DNA of 64,000 nucleotides from a virus: IMG/VR virus record IMGVR_UViG_3300022602_000038, positions 1 through 64,000 of that record, one strand, 5' to 3'. Shown piece after piece: positions 20,130 through 30,346 of the stretch (its first letter is position 1; every line of letters begins with the position of its first letter). A program made the position numbers and the translations under genes. Below the pieces are notes generated by a model. The model was not told the DNA's origin and made no database searches. It saw only the letters and a list, made by a program, of their open reading frames with translations.

Positions 20130-20675
20130 GTGCTTACCTTTAAACAATTTACAGAAAATTGGACTAGTAAAACCCAAAAAATGAACGGGAAAAACTTATC
20201 CATATTTAATACTGCAAAGATTAATCCTGAAGCAATGTATTATAGGTTTTATTACGTAGACGAAACTCAAAAGTGGGTACCTAAGGCACACGGTTGGGAT
20301 ATTTATTCGGTTACAATTAAGGGGTCAGAAATTATAACGAGTGTTTTAAATTTTAATAAAGCCATTCTTAGCGGTATCACACCTTACTTCCTTTATGTAG
20401 AAAATTTAAGTATGTCAGAAATCGTATTTGTTAAAATAGCAAATGTACGGGGAATTATAAAAGGTTATATTTTTGTAGAAGCAGAAAAACTAGACAATAT
20501 ACCTAATATGGACACTTTTAAAGAACTTAGACTTAAATTACCTGAAGGATGTCCAGCAAAAGATATAGAACAAAACCTATATAAACACTTTATTCCTTTT
20601 GTACATAATAAAGTAAAGATAAAAGAAGTATATAGAAAGGGATCAGAAGAAGCTGGTATAGACATTGATATATGA
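20130..20675 (+). CDS. Single-module tagged protein (putative head-internal protein)
   Basis: TAAGTA at 20116; N-terminus MLTFKQFTE resembles the T4 capsid-targeting sequence; ends RKGSEEAGIDIDI. Confidence 0.75.
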   Translation: MLTFKQFTENWTSKTQKMNGKNLSIFNTAKINPEAMYYRFYYVDETQKWVPKAHGWDIYSVTIKGSEIITSVLNFNKAILSGITPYFLYVENLSMSEIVFVKIANVRGIIKGYIFVEAEKLDNIPNMDTFKELRLKLPEGCPAKDIEQNLYKHFIPFVHNKVKIKEVYRKGSEEAGIDIDI

Positions 20676-23600
20676 GAAACCAATATAAAACTCTATTTGA
20701 AGTTTACTCTGAAAATGTACATAGTGTGGCGCCTAGTAGTATTTTAGATAAAGTAGACGTGGACGTGGCACATATAAAAGCTAGAAAAGTTACCGATCCA
20801 TGGTCATCAGAGTTTATAAAGTACAAAGATTATTATAAAGAATATTTAATTAACAAAGCTAAAAAAGAAGGCTTCTTTGATAACCAAAGTAGAATTGATG
20901 TAGATAGTATGTGGAAAGAGTATAGTGAATTAACAGAAGAAAGAATGAGAGAGGAGCTTATTGATAATTTAGGAGATGAAGCTGTAGACTATGTAATAGA
21001 ACAAGATGAGTTAGATGAAGAAGTAGATGAAAATTTTTATCAAGACTTTAAAAGAAACTATTTACCTAAAATAAAAGCTGAATACGAAAAGAAGTATAAT
21101 GATATAATGGGGAAGCCAAGTAAAGAGCTTGGTATAGATATTGATATAGAAGAAAGCAAAGAGAAACCATCTGCAAGTAAAATAATGGCTGATGCACCGC
21201 CTCCATTAAAGATAATAAAAAATGTCAGTATAAACCCTAAAAAAACATATTATTTATTTCAACAACACAAGGATACAGACAAGGATAGCTATAGGTGGTA
21301 TTTTGTAACGTGGCAGTATGGTACGGATATAAATAGTGCTTTAGAACAATTGGAAAGAAAGAGAGATTTTTTATATAAAAGCGACACACTAAATGTGGTA
21401 CCGTTAGTAGAAGATTGTAATGATGTGTTTCTTTTTGTTTATTCTAATTCTAAAAAAGCGGATTCTATTAACTCCCCATCTTTATATATAAGTAAAGAGG
21501 TAATTAATAAAGTTTATGCAGTCCCTAACGACCCAAGAACACTCGATTCAAATTTAGTAAAGTGTATTGCAGAAATAAACAAAACAACTAACGATAAAAC
21601 AGGCATGGTAGCTCTTCAAGGGTTTAAGAGAAAAGTAGAGAAAGCATTACAAACTGAATTAAAAACAAAAAGTATACTTAAAAAGGGTTCTGAAGAAGCT
21701 GGTATAGAAATTGATATAGAAGAAGCTTACCAACATGTAAAGTCTGAATCGAGAGACCCATCCGATTCACCCGCTTTAGTTAAAGGATTACGCAGCAAGG
21801 TAGTAAGCCTGTGTGATAGTATATTAGGTATAAAAGATGCTAGAGTGGTTAATGATATTATAAGATACTTGGAAGAAGTGGTAGGTCCTAGTTTAAGTTA
21901 TGATGGCTATGCAGACGGGGTAATGCAGAAGTACGTAAGCAGATATATAAATAAAAATCTTAATTCGGGTAGGAAAGTTGATCAACATTTGTTAGATAAT
22001 ATGAATCTTGTGTATGGTTACTGGTCACCAAAAATTAAAAAAGCTATCGCTGATAGCTTTAAGCAAATGTATAAAGAATATAATGCATGGAAAAAAACAC
22101 AAGAAGTACTTAAAAAAGGGTCTGAAGAAGCTGGCATGGAGATTGATATAGAAGAAAGTAATAATGATTTTGATTACGAGTGGGAAACTTTAATAACAAG
22201 TTATCCAGATTCTAATATTTTTATTGAATGGCTATATAAGCATTTAATAGAAGAAGGCAGTATAGATGTAGATAATGATTTAGAGTGTGATATTAAACCT
22301 GGTTTTGAATCTATTCAAATATGGTATAATAGTAGAATAGAAAATGCTTCTTATGACGGTAATAATATTGAAGAAAATATAAAAAGTGAAATAAAGAAGC
22401 TTTATAATAGCCCGGAATACAAAAACTATAAAAAGATTTATAAAAAAAGACAAGACGTGCTTAAAAAAGGCTCTAAAGAAGCTGGTATAGACATTGATAT
22501 AGAAGAGGCTACTTCATGGGATGAATGGGAAATTAATTTTGATATTTTTAAACTTACAGATAAAATTAAAGACTGGAAATGTGTAAATGATTTTTATAAA
22601 TGGCTATATTTAAAGGTAGTTAATAATCCAGATTTTGATCAAGGGCATTGGGACATGTATCCAGAGGAACTTGATAATATAACTAAAAAACTTAATCACT
22701 ACTACCAACATGTATACTCTGAGAATATGTTTAATGTAGCGCCCTTACATATAAAGGATTATATTTATCAAAAGAGTGTTCAATTAGGTGGAACAACACA
22801 TGACGTTTATGTAAAAGTAAAAAATAAATTTCCAGAAGTTGCTAAAGATGCAGAAAAAGTTACAATAGCCCTTATTAAAAGATTTTACAATGAATTTAGA
22901 AAAACTAAAGAATATAAAAATTGTGTAAAAACCCAAGCAGTATACAAAAAAGGGTCTGAAGAAGCTGGTATAGACATTGATATAGAAGAAAACAATGAAC
23001 CTTATTCTGATTTAAATTCATCGTATCATATTTTTCCGTATTTTAAAGTTGTACATAATTGGAAAAATAAAGACGAGTTTACAGAATGGTTGTATAAAGA
23101 AATAGATATAGAGCCAGGTATTAATATAGACTCTAAAGCTGAAAATTGGACACACGCTCAAATGGTGGCTTGTTATATTGATGAACACTGCTACCTAACT
23201 CGTGATGATTACTATGAGGATACTACTGATGAGGATGAAGTTGATAGTTTAGCTTATGAAGATACTTTAAAATTGTTAAAGAAGTATTATAAAAAATTTA
23301 AAATATGGAAAAAAACACAAGACGTGCTTAAAAAAGGTTCTAAAGAAGCTGGCATGGAGATTGACATAGAAGAATCTAATAATAATAATATTCTATTAAA
23401 ACGTAGCAATAATGAACATGATTATGGGGATATATATAGTTTAGTTAAGCACTGGGAAGATGGAGATTTGTTTATAAAGTGGTTATCTGAACGAGTAGAT
23501 AACTGGCCAAGTCACAACAAAGATAATCCATTACAAGAATGGTGGGATAATACAGTTGATGAGTTTTCGAGACTAGATCCTAATCGTTATAACAGTAAAA

Positions 23601-23755
23601 AACGTACAGTTGAAGATAATATAGAATTAGCATTAACCTCTATAGAGTTCTCTTATGATGAGTTTGTTAATACTGATCATTATTTAAAGACAAAAGCTAC
23701 ACGAGATGTACTAAATAAAGGGTCAAAAGAAGCTGGAATAGAAATAGATATATGA
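20672..23755 (+). CDS. 7-module tag-linked polyprotein
   Basis: Leader MRNQYKTLFEVYSE; internal tags at 21110, 21680, 22112, 22463, 22946, 23330; terminal tag 23714. Confidence 0.85.
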   Translation: MRNQYKTLFEVYSENVHSVAPSSILDKVDVDVAHIKARKVTDPWSSEFIKYKDYYKEYLINKAKKEGFFDNQSRIDVDSMWKEYSELTEERMREELIDNLGDEAVDYVIEQDELDEEVDENFYQDFKRNYLPKIKAEYEKKYNDIMGKPSKELGIDIDIEESKEKPSASKIMADAPPPLKIIKNVSINPKKTYYLFQQHKDTDKDSYRWYFVTWQYGTDINSALEQLERKRDFLYKSDTLNVVPLVEDCNDVFLFVYSNSKKADSINSPSLYISKEVINKVYAVPNDPRTLDSNLVKCIAEINKTTNDKTGMVALQGFKRKVEKALQTELKTKSILKKGSEEAGIEIDIEEAYQHVKSESRDPSDSPALVKGLRSKVVSLCDSILGIKDARVVNDIIRYLEEVVGPSLSYDGYADGVMQKYVSRYINKNLNSGRKVDQHLLDNMNLVYGYWSPKIKKAIADSFKQMYKEYNAWKKTQEVLKKGSEEAGMEIDIEESNNDFDYEWETLITSYPDSNIFIEWLYKHLIEEGSIDVDNDLECDIKPGFESIQIWYNSRIENASYDGNNIEENIKSEIKKLYNSPEYKNYKKIYKKRQDVLKKGSKEAGIDIDIEEATSWDEWEINFDIFKLTDKIKDWKCVNDFYKWLYLKVVNNPDFDQGHWDMYPEELDNITKKLNHYYQHVYSENMFNVAPLHIKDYIYQKSVQLGGTTHDVYVKVKNKFPEVAKDAEKVTIALIKRFYNEFRKTKEYKNCVKTQAVYKKGSEEAGIDIDIEENNEPYSDLNSSYHIFPYFKVVHNWKNKDEFTEWLYKEIDIEPGINIDSKAENWTHAQMVACYIDEHCYLTRDDYYEDTTDEDEVDSLAYEDTLKLLKKYYKKFKIWKKTQDVLKKGSKEAGMEIDIEESNNNNILLKRSNNEHDYGDIYSLVKHWEDGDLFIKWLSERVDNWPSHNKDNPLQEWWDNTVDEFSRLDPNRYNSKKRTVEDNIELALTSIEFSYDEFVNTDHYLKTKATRDVLNKGSKEAGIEIDI

Positions 23756-26700
23756 AAAAATTAGATAAAAATATAGCTAAAAAATACAGTCAAATGTACG
23801 ATGAAGATACCTTTTCAAAAGTACCAGCAATACCTTATGATAAGAATTTAAAGTGTATTGAACTTATACGTACCTTTTGTAGAGGGGAGTATACTGTAGA
23901 TTTATCTGAAAAAACGTTGGGAGAACTAGTAGATGAGTTTTACGAATCATATGAACCAGGTGGAGAATTTGCAGAGTATGGGAACCCTTTTAATGAATTT
24001 AGCGAAGACTTTCCTACTAAAACAGAGTTTATTCAACATATTACAAATGGTCATGTAGTAAAAGGTATAAGAACAGAAGAGCAAGAGTTTTTAATGGCTA
24101 GAAAGGATCAAGAGCTACAAATGTATGAAGAGCTTGAACGACTAGAATCAGAAGAAGAATTGGAACCCGATCCTGAGTTTGAAATTATAAAGAATAAAAG
24201 AATAATTAGTATTAAAACAGCTCCTATCTTTAAAAAAGGATCAGAAGAAGCTGGTATGGAGATTGATATTGAAGAGGGGGTTAAGGAAGACTATAAAAAG
24301 TTCGATATTGAAATACCAAGTATAGGGGAGATAATTGATATTGATATGAAAGAGTTTGAGAAAATTTTTAAAAACACTCATAAAGACGAAATCGATTTTG
24401 CCCAGGTAGGTTGTGAAATAGTTAAAGATATAGATGTAAAAAATGAAATGTTGTATGTAATGCTAGGTAAACACGTATTTAATGAAGATACTTTGAGTTT
24501 TCTGAAAGACGAACAAATAACCTATACTCATAAACCTAAAATAAACACAGTATTTTATAGTCGGTCGCATAAAGGACCTATATTTGCTAGCCATTATTTT
24601 GATACAGGATTTAAAGGCGGTGGTATTGAATATTGGACATTAGTGCCTGATAAATCTCATTCACATTTGCCTTTAGTTACAGCTGTGCCTTTTAGTATTG
24701 GGGTAGATAATTGGGCTGAATATAAAAATTGGTTAGAAACTCAAAAAATATTTAAAAAAGGATCAGAAGAAGCTGGTATAGAGATTGATATAGAAGAAAG
24801 TAAAAAAACTAAAGACTTGTACAACACAACTGAAGTAATTAATAAAATAAAACAACGGTTTGGAACTTGTACTTATGCCTTCTGTAAATGGCTATACGAA
24901 GAAGATTTTGCTGATTTCGATTCAGATCTATCTCTTGAAGAAAATATACGAAGTATCTGGGAAAATATGGTTGAAAACGGTATAGATGGCGGTATGAGTA
25001 AAAGTGATTCTATAGAACAAGCTCAAAACTATCTTGATAGTAACATTGAAATGTTTGAAAATAGTAAAGCGTATAAAAATTGTTTAGAAATTCAAGCAGT
25101 ATACAAAAAAGGTTCTAAAGAAGCTGGTATGGAAATTGATATAGAAGAGAACGCTAAAGGCAAATCTAGTAAAAAACAAAGCTCTTTTTATTTAGATAAA
25201 AAAAGCGTGTTTGACCCGCTTCATCCGGAAGATCCAAGTAATTTATATAATATAATAAAACAAGAACTTGGTGATTTTACTGATACATTTTACAAATGGC
25301 TAAGTACAAATACAGTACGAACACATCTTGGGACATTTTTTTTTAATCCATATGAACATTTAGTATTTAATTTGAAGGATTTATGGGATGATCTTTTCAG
25401 TAAGGACTATATTGCTATTTGTGAAGACGGTATAGATAAAAAGGAAGCAGAAAAAATGTGCTTAAAAACAGCACTAAAAGACCTTGAGTCTATTTTTAAA
25501 CAATTTAGAAAAAGTAAAGAATATGAAATTTGTTTAAAAAAAATAATATCCAAGAAAACCGAACCAATATATAAAAAAGGTTCTGAAGAAGCTGGTATAG
25601 ACATTGATATAGAAGAAAATGCTAAAGGCAAATCTAGTAAAAAACAGAGCTTATCTGCTTTAGATAAAAAAAGTGTATTTGCTCCGAACGATCCGAAAGA
25701 TCCAAGTAATTTATATAATATAATAAAACAAGAACTTGGTGATTGTGCTTATACATTCTACAAATGGTTAGGCGCAAGTGCAATTCAAACTTATAGCGGT
25801 GTAACTGCTTGGTCTCCAGAAGAAACTTTTGAACAGAATTTGGAGGATTTATGGGATGATCTTTTTATAAGTGGTTATCTTTACACAGTTAAAGATGGTA
25901 CAGATGAAAAAACAGCAGAAAAAATATGTTTACAATCAGCATTAAAAGAACTTAGGTCTTGGTTTAGAGAGTTTAGAAAAAGTAAAGAATATAAAAATTA
26001 TGTAAAAACCCAAGCAGTATACAAAAAAGGGTCTAAAGAAGCTGGTATGGAAATTGATATAGAAGAAAATGCTAAAAGCAAATCTAGTAAAAAACAAATC
26101 TTAGCCGATTTAGAAAAAAAATTTAAGTTTATTGACCCGTATAATCCGGAAGACCCAATTAATTTATATAGTATATTACAACAAGAATTTGGTGCTTGTG
26201 CTGATTCATTTTTCAAAGGAATTGGTTGGCATTATTTAGACTCTTTTGAAGAGAATTTGGAGTACTTATGGTATGTAGCTTTTGTAGAGGACTACAATGA
26301 GGCACTTGAAAAAGGTATGGATGAAGAGGAAGCAAAAAAGAAGTGCTTTAAATTAGCACTGTATTTTCTTGAGATAGATTATTTTAAGAAATTTAGAGAA
26401 AGTAAAGAATATGAAATTTGTTTAAAAACCCAAGCAGTATTAAAGAAAGGCTCTAAAGAAGCTGGTATGGAGATTGATATAGAAGAAAATGCTGAAGGCA
26501 AAACTAGTAAAAAACAAATCTTAACCGATTTAGAAAAAAAATTTAAACTTGTTGACCCGATTTGGCCGGAAGATCCAATTAATTTATATAATATATTACG
26601 ACAAGAATTTGGTGCTTGTGCTGATTCATTTTTCAAAGGGATTAAAAAAATCAAAAACTATTGGGGGTATAGAGAACCCTCTGAAGATTTTGAAGAGAAT

Positions 26701-27318
26701 TTGTATTTTTTATGGAATATAGTTTTTATAGAAGACTATACTAAGGCCCTTATAAAAACAGAGCACTTAGGTACAAATGAAAAAGAAAAAGAGGAAATAC
26801 AAAAGAAATGCTTTAAATCAGCACTAAGAAATCTTGAGATAAACTATTTTAGTGAATTTAGAAAAAGTGAAATATATAAAAATTGTGTAAAAACCCAAGC
26901 AGTATACAAAAAAGGGTCTGAAGAAGCTGGTATGGAGATTGATATAGAAGAAAATGCTAAAGACTTCATGCCTGTAGGTGCTGGTGATACGTTTTATTTT
27001 ACTAAAAAATATATAGGTATTGAAAATAAAAACGAGATATTTGACTTTATAAAGTTTTTAGATACTTACATTAAACCTAAACAGCGTAAAACAGACGCTA
27101 ATACAGTTGATAGTATGTATGAGCAAATGACTTGGGATGCAGCTGAAAAGCTACCAAGCACTACTTCAAAAGGATATTATAGAGTACAAGATGAAGAACT
27201 AGCATTATGTCGTAAAAAAATTATACAACAGCTTTGGGAAAAGTATGAACTATGGCAAAAAGCGCAAGAAGTGCTTAAAAAAGGTTCCAAAGAAGCCGGG
27301 GTAGACATTGACATATAA
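23752..27318 (+). CDS. 8-module tag-linked polyprotein
   Basis: Internal tags at 24232, 24754, 25105, 25573, 26023, 26443, 26908; terminal tag 27277. Confidence 0.85.
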   Translation: MKKLDKNIAKKYSQMYDEDTFSKVPAIPYDKNLKCIELIRTFCRGEYTVDLSEKTLGELVDEFYESYEPGGEFAEYGNPFNEFSEDFPTKTEFIQHITNGHVVKGIRTEEQEFLMARKDQELQMYEELERLESEEELEPDPEFEIIKNKRIISIKTAPIFKKGSEEAGMEIDIEEGVKEDYKKFDIEIPSIGEIIDIDMKEFEKIFKNTHKDEIDFAQVGCEIVKDIDVKNEMLYVMLGKHVFNEDTLSFLKDEQITYTHKPKINTVFYSRSHKGPIFASHYFDTGFKGGGIEYWTLVPDKSHSHLPLVTAVPFSIGVDNWAEYKNWLETQKIFKKGSEEAGIEIDIEESKKTKDLYNTTEVINKIKQRFGTCTYAFCKWLYEEDFADFDSDLSLEENIRSIWENMVENGIDGGMSKSDSIEQAQNYLDSNIEMFENSKAYKNCLEIQAVYKKGSKEAGMEIDIEENAKGKSSKKQSSFYLDKKSVFDPLHPEDPSNLYNIIKQELGDFTDTFYKWLSTNTVRTHLGTFFFNPYEHLVFNLKDLWDDLFSKDYIAICEDGIDKKEAEKMCLKTALKDLESIFKQFRKSKEYEICLKKIISKKTEPIYKKGSEEAGIDIDIEENAKGKSSKKQSLSALDKKSVFAPNDPKDPSNLYNIIKQELGDCAYTFYKWLGASAIQTYSGVTAWSPEETFEQNLEDLWDDLFISGYLYTVKDGTDEKTAEKICLQSALKELRSWFREFRKSKEYKNYVKTQAVYKKGSKEAGMEIDIEENAKSKSSKKQILADLEKKFKFIDPYNPEDPINLYSILQQEFGACADSFFKGIGWHYLDSFEENLEYLWYVAFVEDYNEALEKGMDEEEAKKKCFKLALYFLEIDYFKKFRESKEYEICLKTQAVLKKGSKEAGMEIDIEENAEGKTSKKQILTDLEKKFKLVDPIWPEDPINLYNILRQEFGACADSFFKGIKKIKNYWGYREPSEDFEENLYFLWNIVFIEDYTKALIKTEHLGTNEKEKEEIQKKCFKSALRNLEINYFSEFRKSEIYKNCVKTQAVYKKGSEEAGMEIDIEENAKDFMPVGAGDTFYFTKKYIGIENKNEIFDFIKFLDTYIKPKQRKTDANTVDSMYEQMTWDAAEKLPSTTSKGYYRVQDEELALCRKKIIQQLWEKYELWQKAQEVLKKGSKEAGVDIDI

Positions 27319-27539
27319 TGTATTCATTCAACGAAGATAAAACGTATAAGGTTACTAGTATAGGATTTAATAAGATAGATGAAATAGCTATTAAAGCTAT
27401 GGTTAAGGGTATGGTTGATACTGGAGAGTATAATAGAACCTATATGCAAGAGGTTGTTATTGCCAATTACCCTAATGTTACTAGAGACAGAGCAGCTATT
27501 CTAGTATTAGAAGGTATGTATTTAGCTAGTAAAAACTAG
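27318..27539 (+). CDS. Hypothetical protein
   Basis: 73 aa ORF translationally coupled to upstream stop. Confidence 0.6.
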   Translation: MYSFNEDKTYKVTSIGFNKIDEIAIKAMVKGMVDTGEYNRTYMQEVVIANYPNVTRDRAAILVLEGMYLASKN

Positions 27540-27564
27540 TACTAGATTACATAAGTAATACAAT

Positions 27565-28911
27565 ATGAAGAATGATCAAGCTTTAAGGTTACTTGCTGAA
27601 CAGTATCAACAAGTACAGGTCAATGAAATTTTAATAGAAGGTTTCAACAGAGACCTTGAAGCTTTTGAAGCATATCTTATTAAAGAAGGCCTTTGGGACA
27701 CCATTAAACAGAAAGGTGCTGCTTTAGCATCTGGTGCAAAGAGCGCTTTAGTGCAGCCTTTAATTAAAGCTATCATGAATAAGATCGCTCAAAGCGATCC
27801 AGAAGGTTTTAAAAAGATTCAAGCAGCAGCTGCTTCTGGTGAAAGTGGTATACAACAATTATTAAATAGCCCTGAGGTTAAGCAACAACAGCAACAAATC
27901 AGTCAAGACGTTGCTGCTACAACTGAAAGTATTGATGATGGTTTATATAGCGAAGTGTTTGAAGAGGCAATCGGTTATTTAATTGAAGCTAGAGTACTAA
28001 GCAATGACCCTCGTAATGTTCGCCGTAGAGAGTTAGCTGCACAAAAGAGAGCTGCTTCTCAGCAACCAGCTTCAAATAAAGCTGCTCCAGGTAAACAACC
28101 TCCAGTGCTTAAGCCAAGTGCAAAACCAGCAGCTCCAGCAACTCCATCAGCTAAACCCACTACACCTACTACTGCTCAACCTCCAGCAGCACAAGGTGGT
28201 TTTATTCAAAAAGCTTATGCATGGATGAAACAACATCCTAAACTAACAGCCGCGGGTGGTTTGGCTTTAATGGCCGCACTTGGTGTCGCTACATTAGGTG
28301 CTGGTGGTATTGTTCCTTTAATTGCTTCAGTAGCACATGGTGCTGCAGCAGGTGCTGCAGGTGCTGGTGTTGTTGGTGGTGCTTTAAAGGGTGGTGCTAA
28401 TGTAGTAGGTCAAATGTCTAAAGGCGGTAAGGTAGACTGGAAACAGGCTGGTAAAGCTGCTTTACAAGGAGCTAAAGCTGGTGCTAAAGCTGGTGCTGTT
28501 GCCGGTGGTGTAGGTGCTGCATTAGGTGGACTTATTGCTGGTGGTGTTAAGATCGCACATGGATTGCAATCAGTTTTACAAGGCGGTAGTGGTACAGTAT
28601 CATTAAACGATTTACATCAAGCAACTCAATCTGCTCAACAAGTTGGTACACATAAGAGTGCTTTAAGTCAGGAAGTTGATCAGATTAATGCAGATTGTGA
28701 CGCTAAAGCAAATGCAATGCAATCATTAGGTCTTAAAAGCGCTACAATTTATGGCGATGGTAATGGAGCATTCCACATACAAGGTAATGACGGTATGGTT
28801 CACAACTTTAATGCCCAAGGTGTTGAAATTGGTAAATCCGCCGCTAGTGCAGCTCAGTCAGCTGCTACTTCAGCACCTAATGCTGCTGGAAAATTAGATA
28901 CAGGATTTTAA
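27565..28911 (+). CDS. Leader-bearing Ala/Gly-rich protein with hydrophobic segments (putative internal/ejected virion protein)
   Basis: TAAGTA 27552; leader MKNDQALRLLAEQYQQVQVNE; several L/I-x-E sites; GxxxG-rich hydrophobic region. Confidence 0.7.
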   Translation: MKNDQALRLLAEQYQQVQVNEILIEGFNRDLEAFEAYLIKEGLWDTIKQKGAALASGAKSALVQPLIKAIMNKIAQSDPEGFKKIQAAAASGESGIQQLLNSPEVKQQQQQISQDVAATTESIDDGLYSEVFEEAIGYLIEARVLSNDPRNVRRRELAAQKRAASQQPASNKAAPGKQPPVLKPSAKPAAPATPSAKPTTPTTAQPPAAQGGFIQKAYAWMKQHPKLTAAGGLALMAALGVATLGAGGIVPLIASVAHGAAAGAAGAGVVGGALKGGANVVGQMSKGGKVDWKQAGKAALQGAKAGAKAGAVAGGVGAALGGLIAGGVKIAHGLQSVLQGGSGTVSLNDLHQATQSAQQVGTHKSALSQEVDQINADCDAKANAMQSLGLKSATIYGDGNGAFHIQGNDGMVHNFNAQGVEIGKSAASAAQSAATSAPNAAGKLDTGF

Positions 28912-28922
28912 ATAAAAGTTAA

Positions 28923-29054
28923 ATGACACAAACAGTTATTGTATTTGGAGTAGTGATTGGGGCAGTTGTTTATAGTATCCGTAAAGCGTTTGTAAATAAA
29001 TCCAAATGCTGTACTTGTGGTAAATGTAAATGTAAAGACAAGTTAAAGAAATAA
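28923..29054 (+). CDS. Small Cys-rich membrane protein (FeoB-associated-like architecture)
   Basis: Not in track; MTQTVIVFGVVIGAVVYSIRKAFVNKSKCCTCGKCKCKDKLKK. Confidence 0.6.
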   Translation: MTQTVIVFGVVIGAVVYSIRKAFVNKSKCCTCGKCKCKDKLKK

Positions 29055-29090
29055 CTTGAACTTTTATTCTTGTGTACCATAATATGGTGT

Positions 29091-29393
29091 ATGAGAGCTT
29101 ATTCAGCCATCCCAGGTCTAATCACCCACAAAGTTTGGTTACATGATCCAATTGCTCCATCTGTTTATTTAAAAGAAAACGGATATAAGGAATGGTGGTT
29201 AAACAATTTATTGCACCGAGAAGATGGTCCAGCAATTGAGCATATTAACGGGGATAGGGAATACTATCTAAATGGTACACGACATAGAACTGATGGTCCA
29301 GCTATTATTTTTAAAAATAAGACCTATTTTGAGTACTGGGTTGACGGAAAACAGTTAACTGAACAAGAATTTAAACACAATTATCCTGTATAA
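29091..29393 (+). CDS. LHRxDGPA-repeat protein
   Basis: LHREDGPAIE, RHRTDGPAII; start moved to ATG 29091 after TTGAAC-N16-CATAAT. Confidence 0.75.
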   Translation: MRAYSAIPGLITHKVWLHDPIAPSVYLKENGYKEWWLNNLLHREDGPAIEHINGDREYYLNGTRHRTDGPAIIFKNKTYFEYWVDGKQLTEQEFKHNYPV

Positions 29394-29474
29394 AATCCCA
29401 ATTACACTTTATTATATCCGTTAATATGTATCTATACGTACTAACGCTCACTGTGGAATACTAGAAATACTAAT

Positions 29475-29663
29475 ATGAGACAAAGAATACTACAAGTAAC
29501 CAAAGAAGCTTTCAATAACATCTATGGTAATGCTTATCTAAAAGGCAAGTACGGAGATGAATGGGTTGAGGTAATGTTAAAAGACCTTGCAAGAGAGGGC
29601 ACGGTTGTTAAGTTCTTAGATGTTGAGAAAAAAGAAACTAAAAGAGAAGTAAATAAGCTATAA
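29475..29663 (+). CDS. Hypothetical protein, paralog of 38034..38189
   Basis: F...Y.N.YL..KY.D.W..V....L......F.D shared. Confidence 0.7.
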   Translation: MRQRILQVTKEAFNNIYGNAYLKGKYGDEWVEVMLKDLAREGTVVKFLDVEKKETKREVNKL

Positions 29664-29664
29664 C

Positions 29665-29862
29665 ATGAAAAAGAAATCCATTATTAAACAAACAGCTTCT
29701 TGGCTTGTGATGGTTCAAAAGAATTCAAGAACGCAAAGCCATTATGTTGAGTTGCCAACCTCTCTTGTAAACGAATTAGGTTGGACAAATGATGATGCTC
29801 TTATTTGGACTCCACAAGAGGGTGGTTCGTTTAAGGTATCCAAGGTAGAAAGAAAAAAGTGA
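29665..29862 (+). CDS. AbrB/MazE-like DNA-binding protein
   Basis: VELPTSLVNELGWTNDDALIW. Confidence 0.6.
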   Translation: MKKKSIIKQTASWLVMVQKNSRTQSHYVELPTSLVNELGWTNDDALIWTPQEGGSFKVSKVERKK

Positions 29863-30161
29863 AAGACTATCTTCGTTATTTAATTGATGAGGGATTTGCG
29901 GATATTAGGTACTGGTTTGATGAAAATGATAAAATAGAAGGACGTATATCCACTATTAAAGAGTATGAGCCATTATACCTTGAATCAGATGAAGAGGATT
30001 ATAAAGGAACTTTACTTTTGTGGCGGGATTATGGTAAATGCTATACCTATAAAACTACAAGAGAATTTTTTGTTAACTATGGTAAGAGGTGTTTAAATGA
30101 AAGTCAAGCTCTCTTACAATCAAATAAATGGATAAGAGAAATAAAAGAAGCATACCGTTAA
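29859..30161 (+). CDS. Hypothetical protein
   Basis: 100 aa ORF. Confidence 0.6.
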   Translation: MKDYLRYLIDEGFADIRYWFDENDKIEGRISTIKEYEPLYLESDEEDYKGTLLLWRDYGKCYTYKTTREFFVNYGKRCLNESQALLQSNKWIREIKEAYR

Positions 30162-30170
30162 ACCTATACT

Positions 30171-30302
30171 ATGAAGATAATAAAGCACTTAACATATCAG
30201 GAACCATTACCTTCAACTACTTCAGGCAAGATATGGTATTATGCTAAATGGTTATTGTTAGGAGTTATTATAGGTTTCCTCTTTGGGTGTATCTTTTTAT
30301 AA
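30171..30302 (+). CDS. Small C-terminally anchored membrane protein
   Basis: Not in track; MKIIKHLTYQEPLPSTTSGKIWYYAKWLLLGVIIGFLFGCIFL. Confidence 0.55.
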   Translation: MKIIKHLTYQEPLPSTTSGKIWYYAKWLLLGVIIGFLFGCIFL

Positions 30303-30346
30303 GCTATATAGATTGGATTCAACTAGTACTTCAGATAAGTAATAAG

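Noticed and set aside
25150-26952. Diversity-generating retroelement TR/VR pair
   Set aside because: Differences between paralogous modules are not adenine-specific and include indels; no reverse transcriptase seen
30248-30346. N-terminal extension of the 3-module polyprotein
   Set aside because: Overlaps a small TM ORF; late motif and leader homology place the start at GTG 30347
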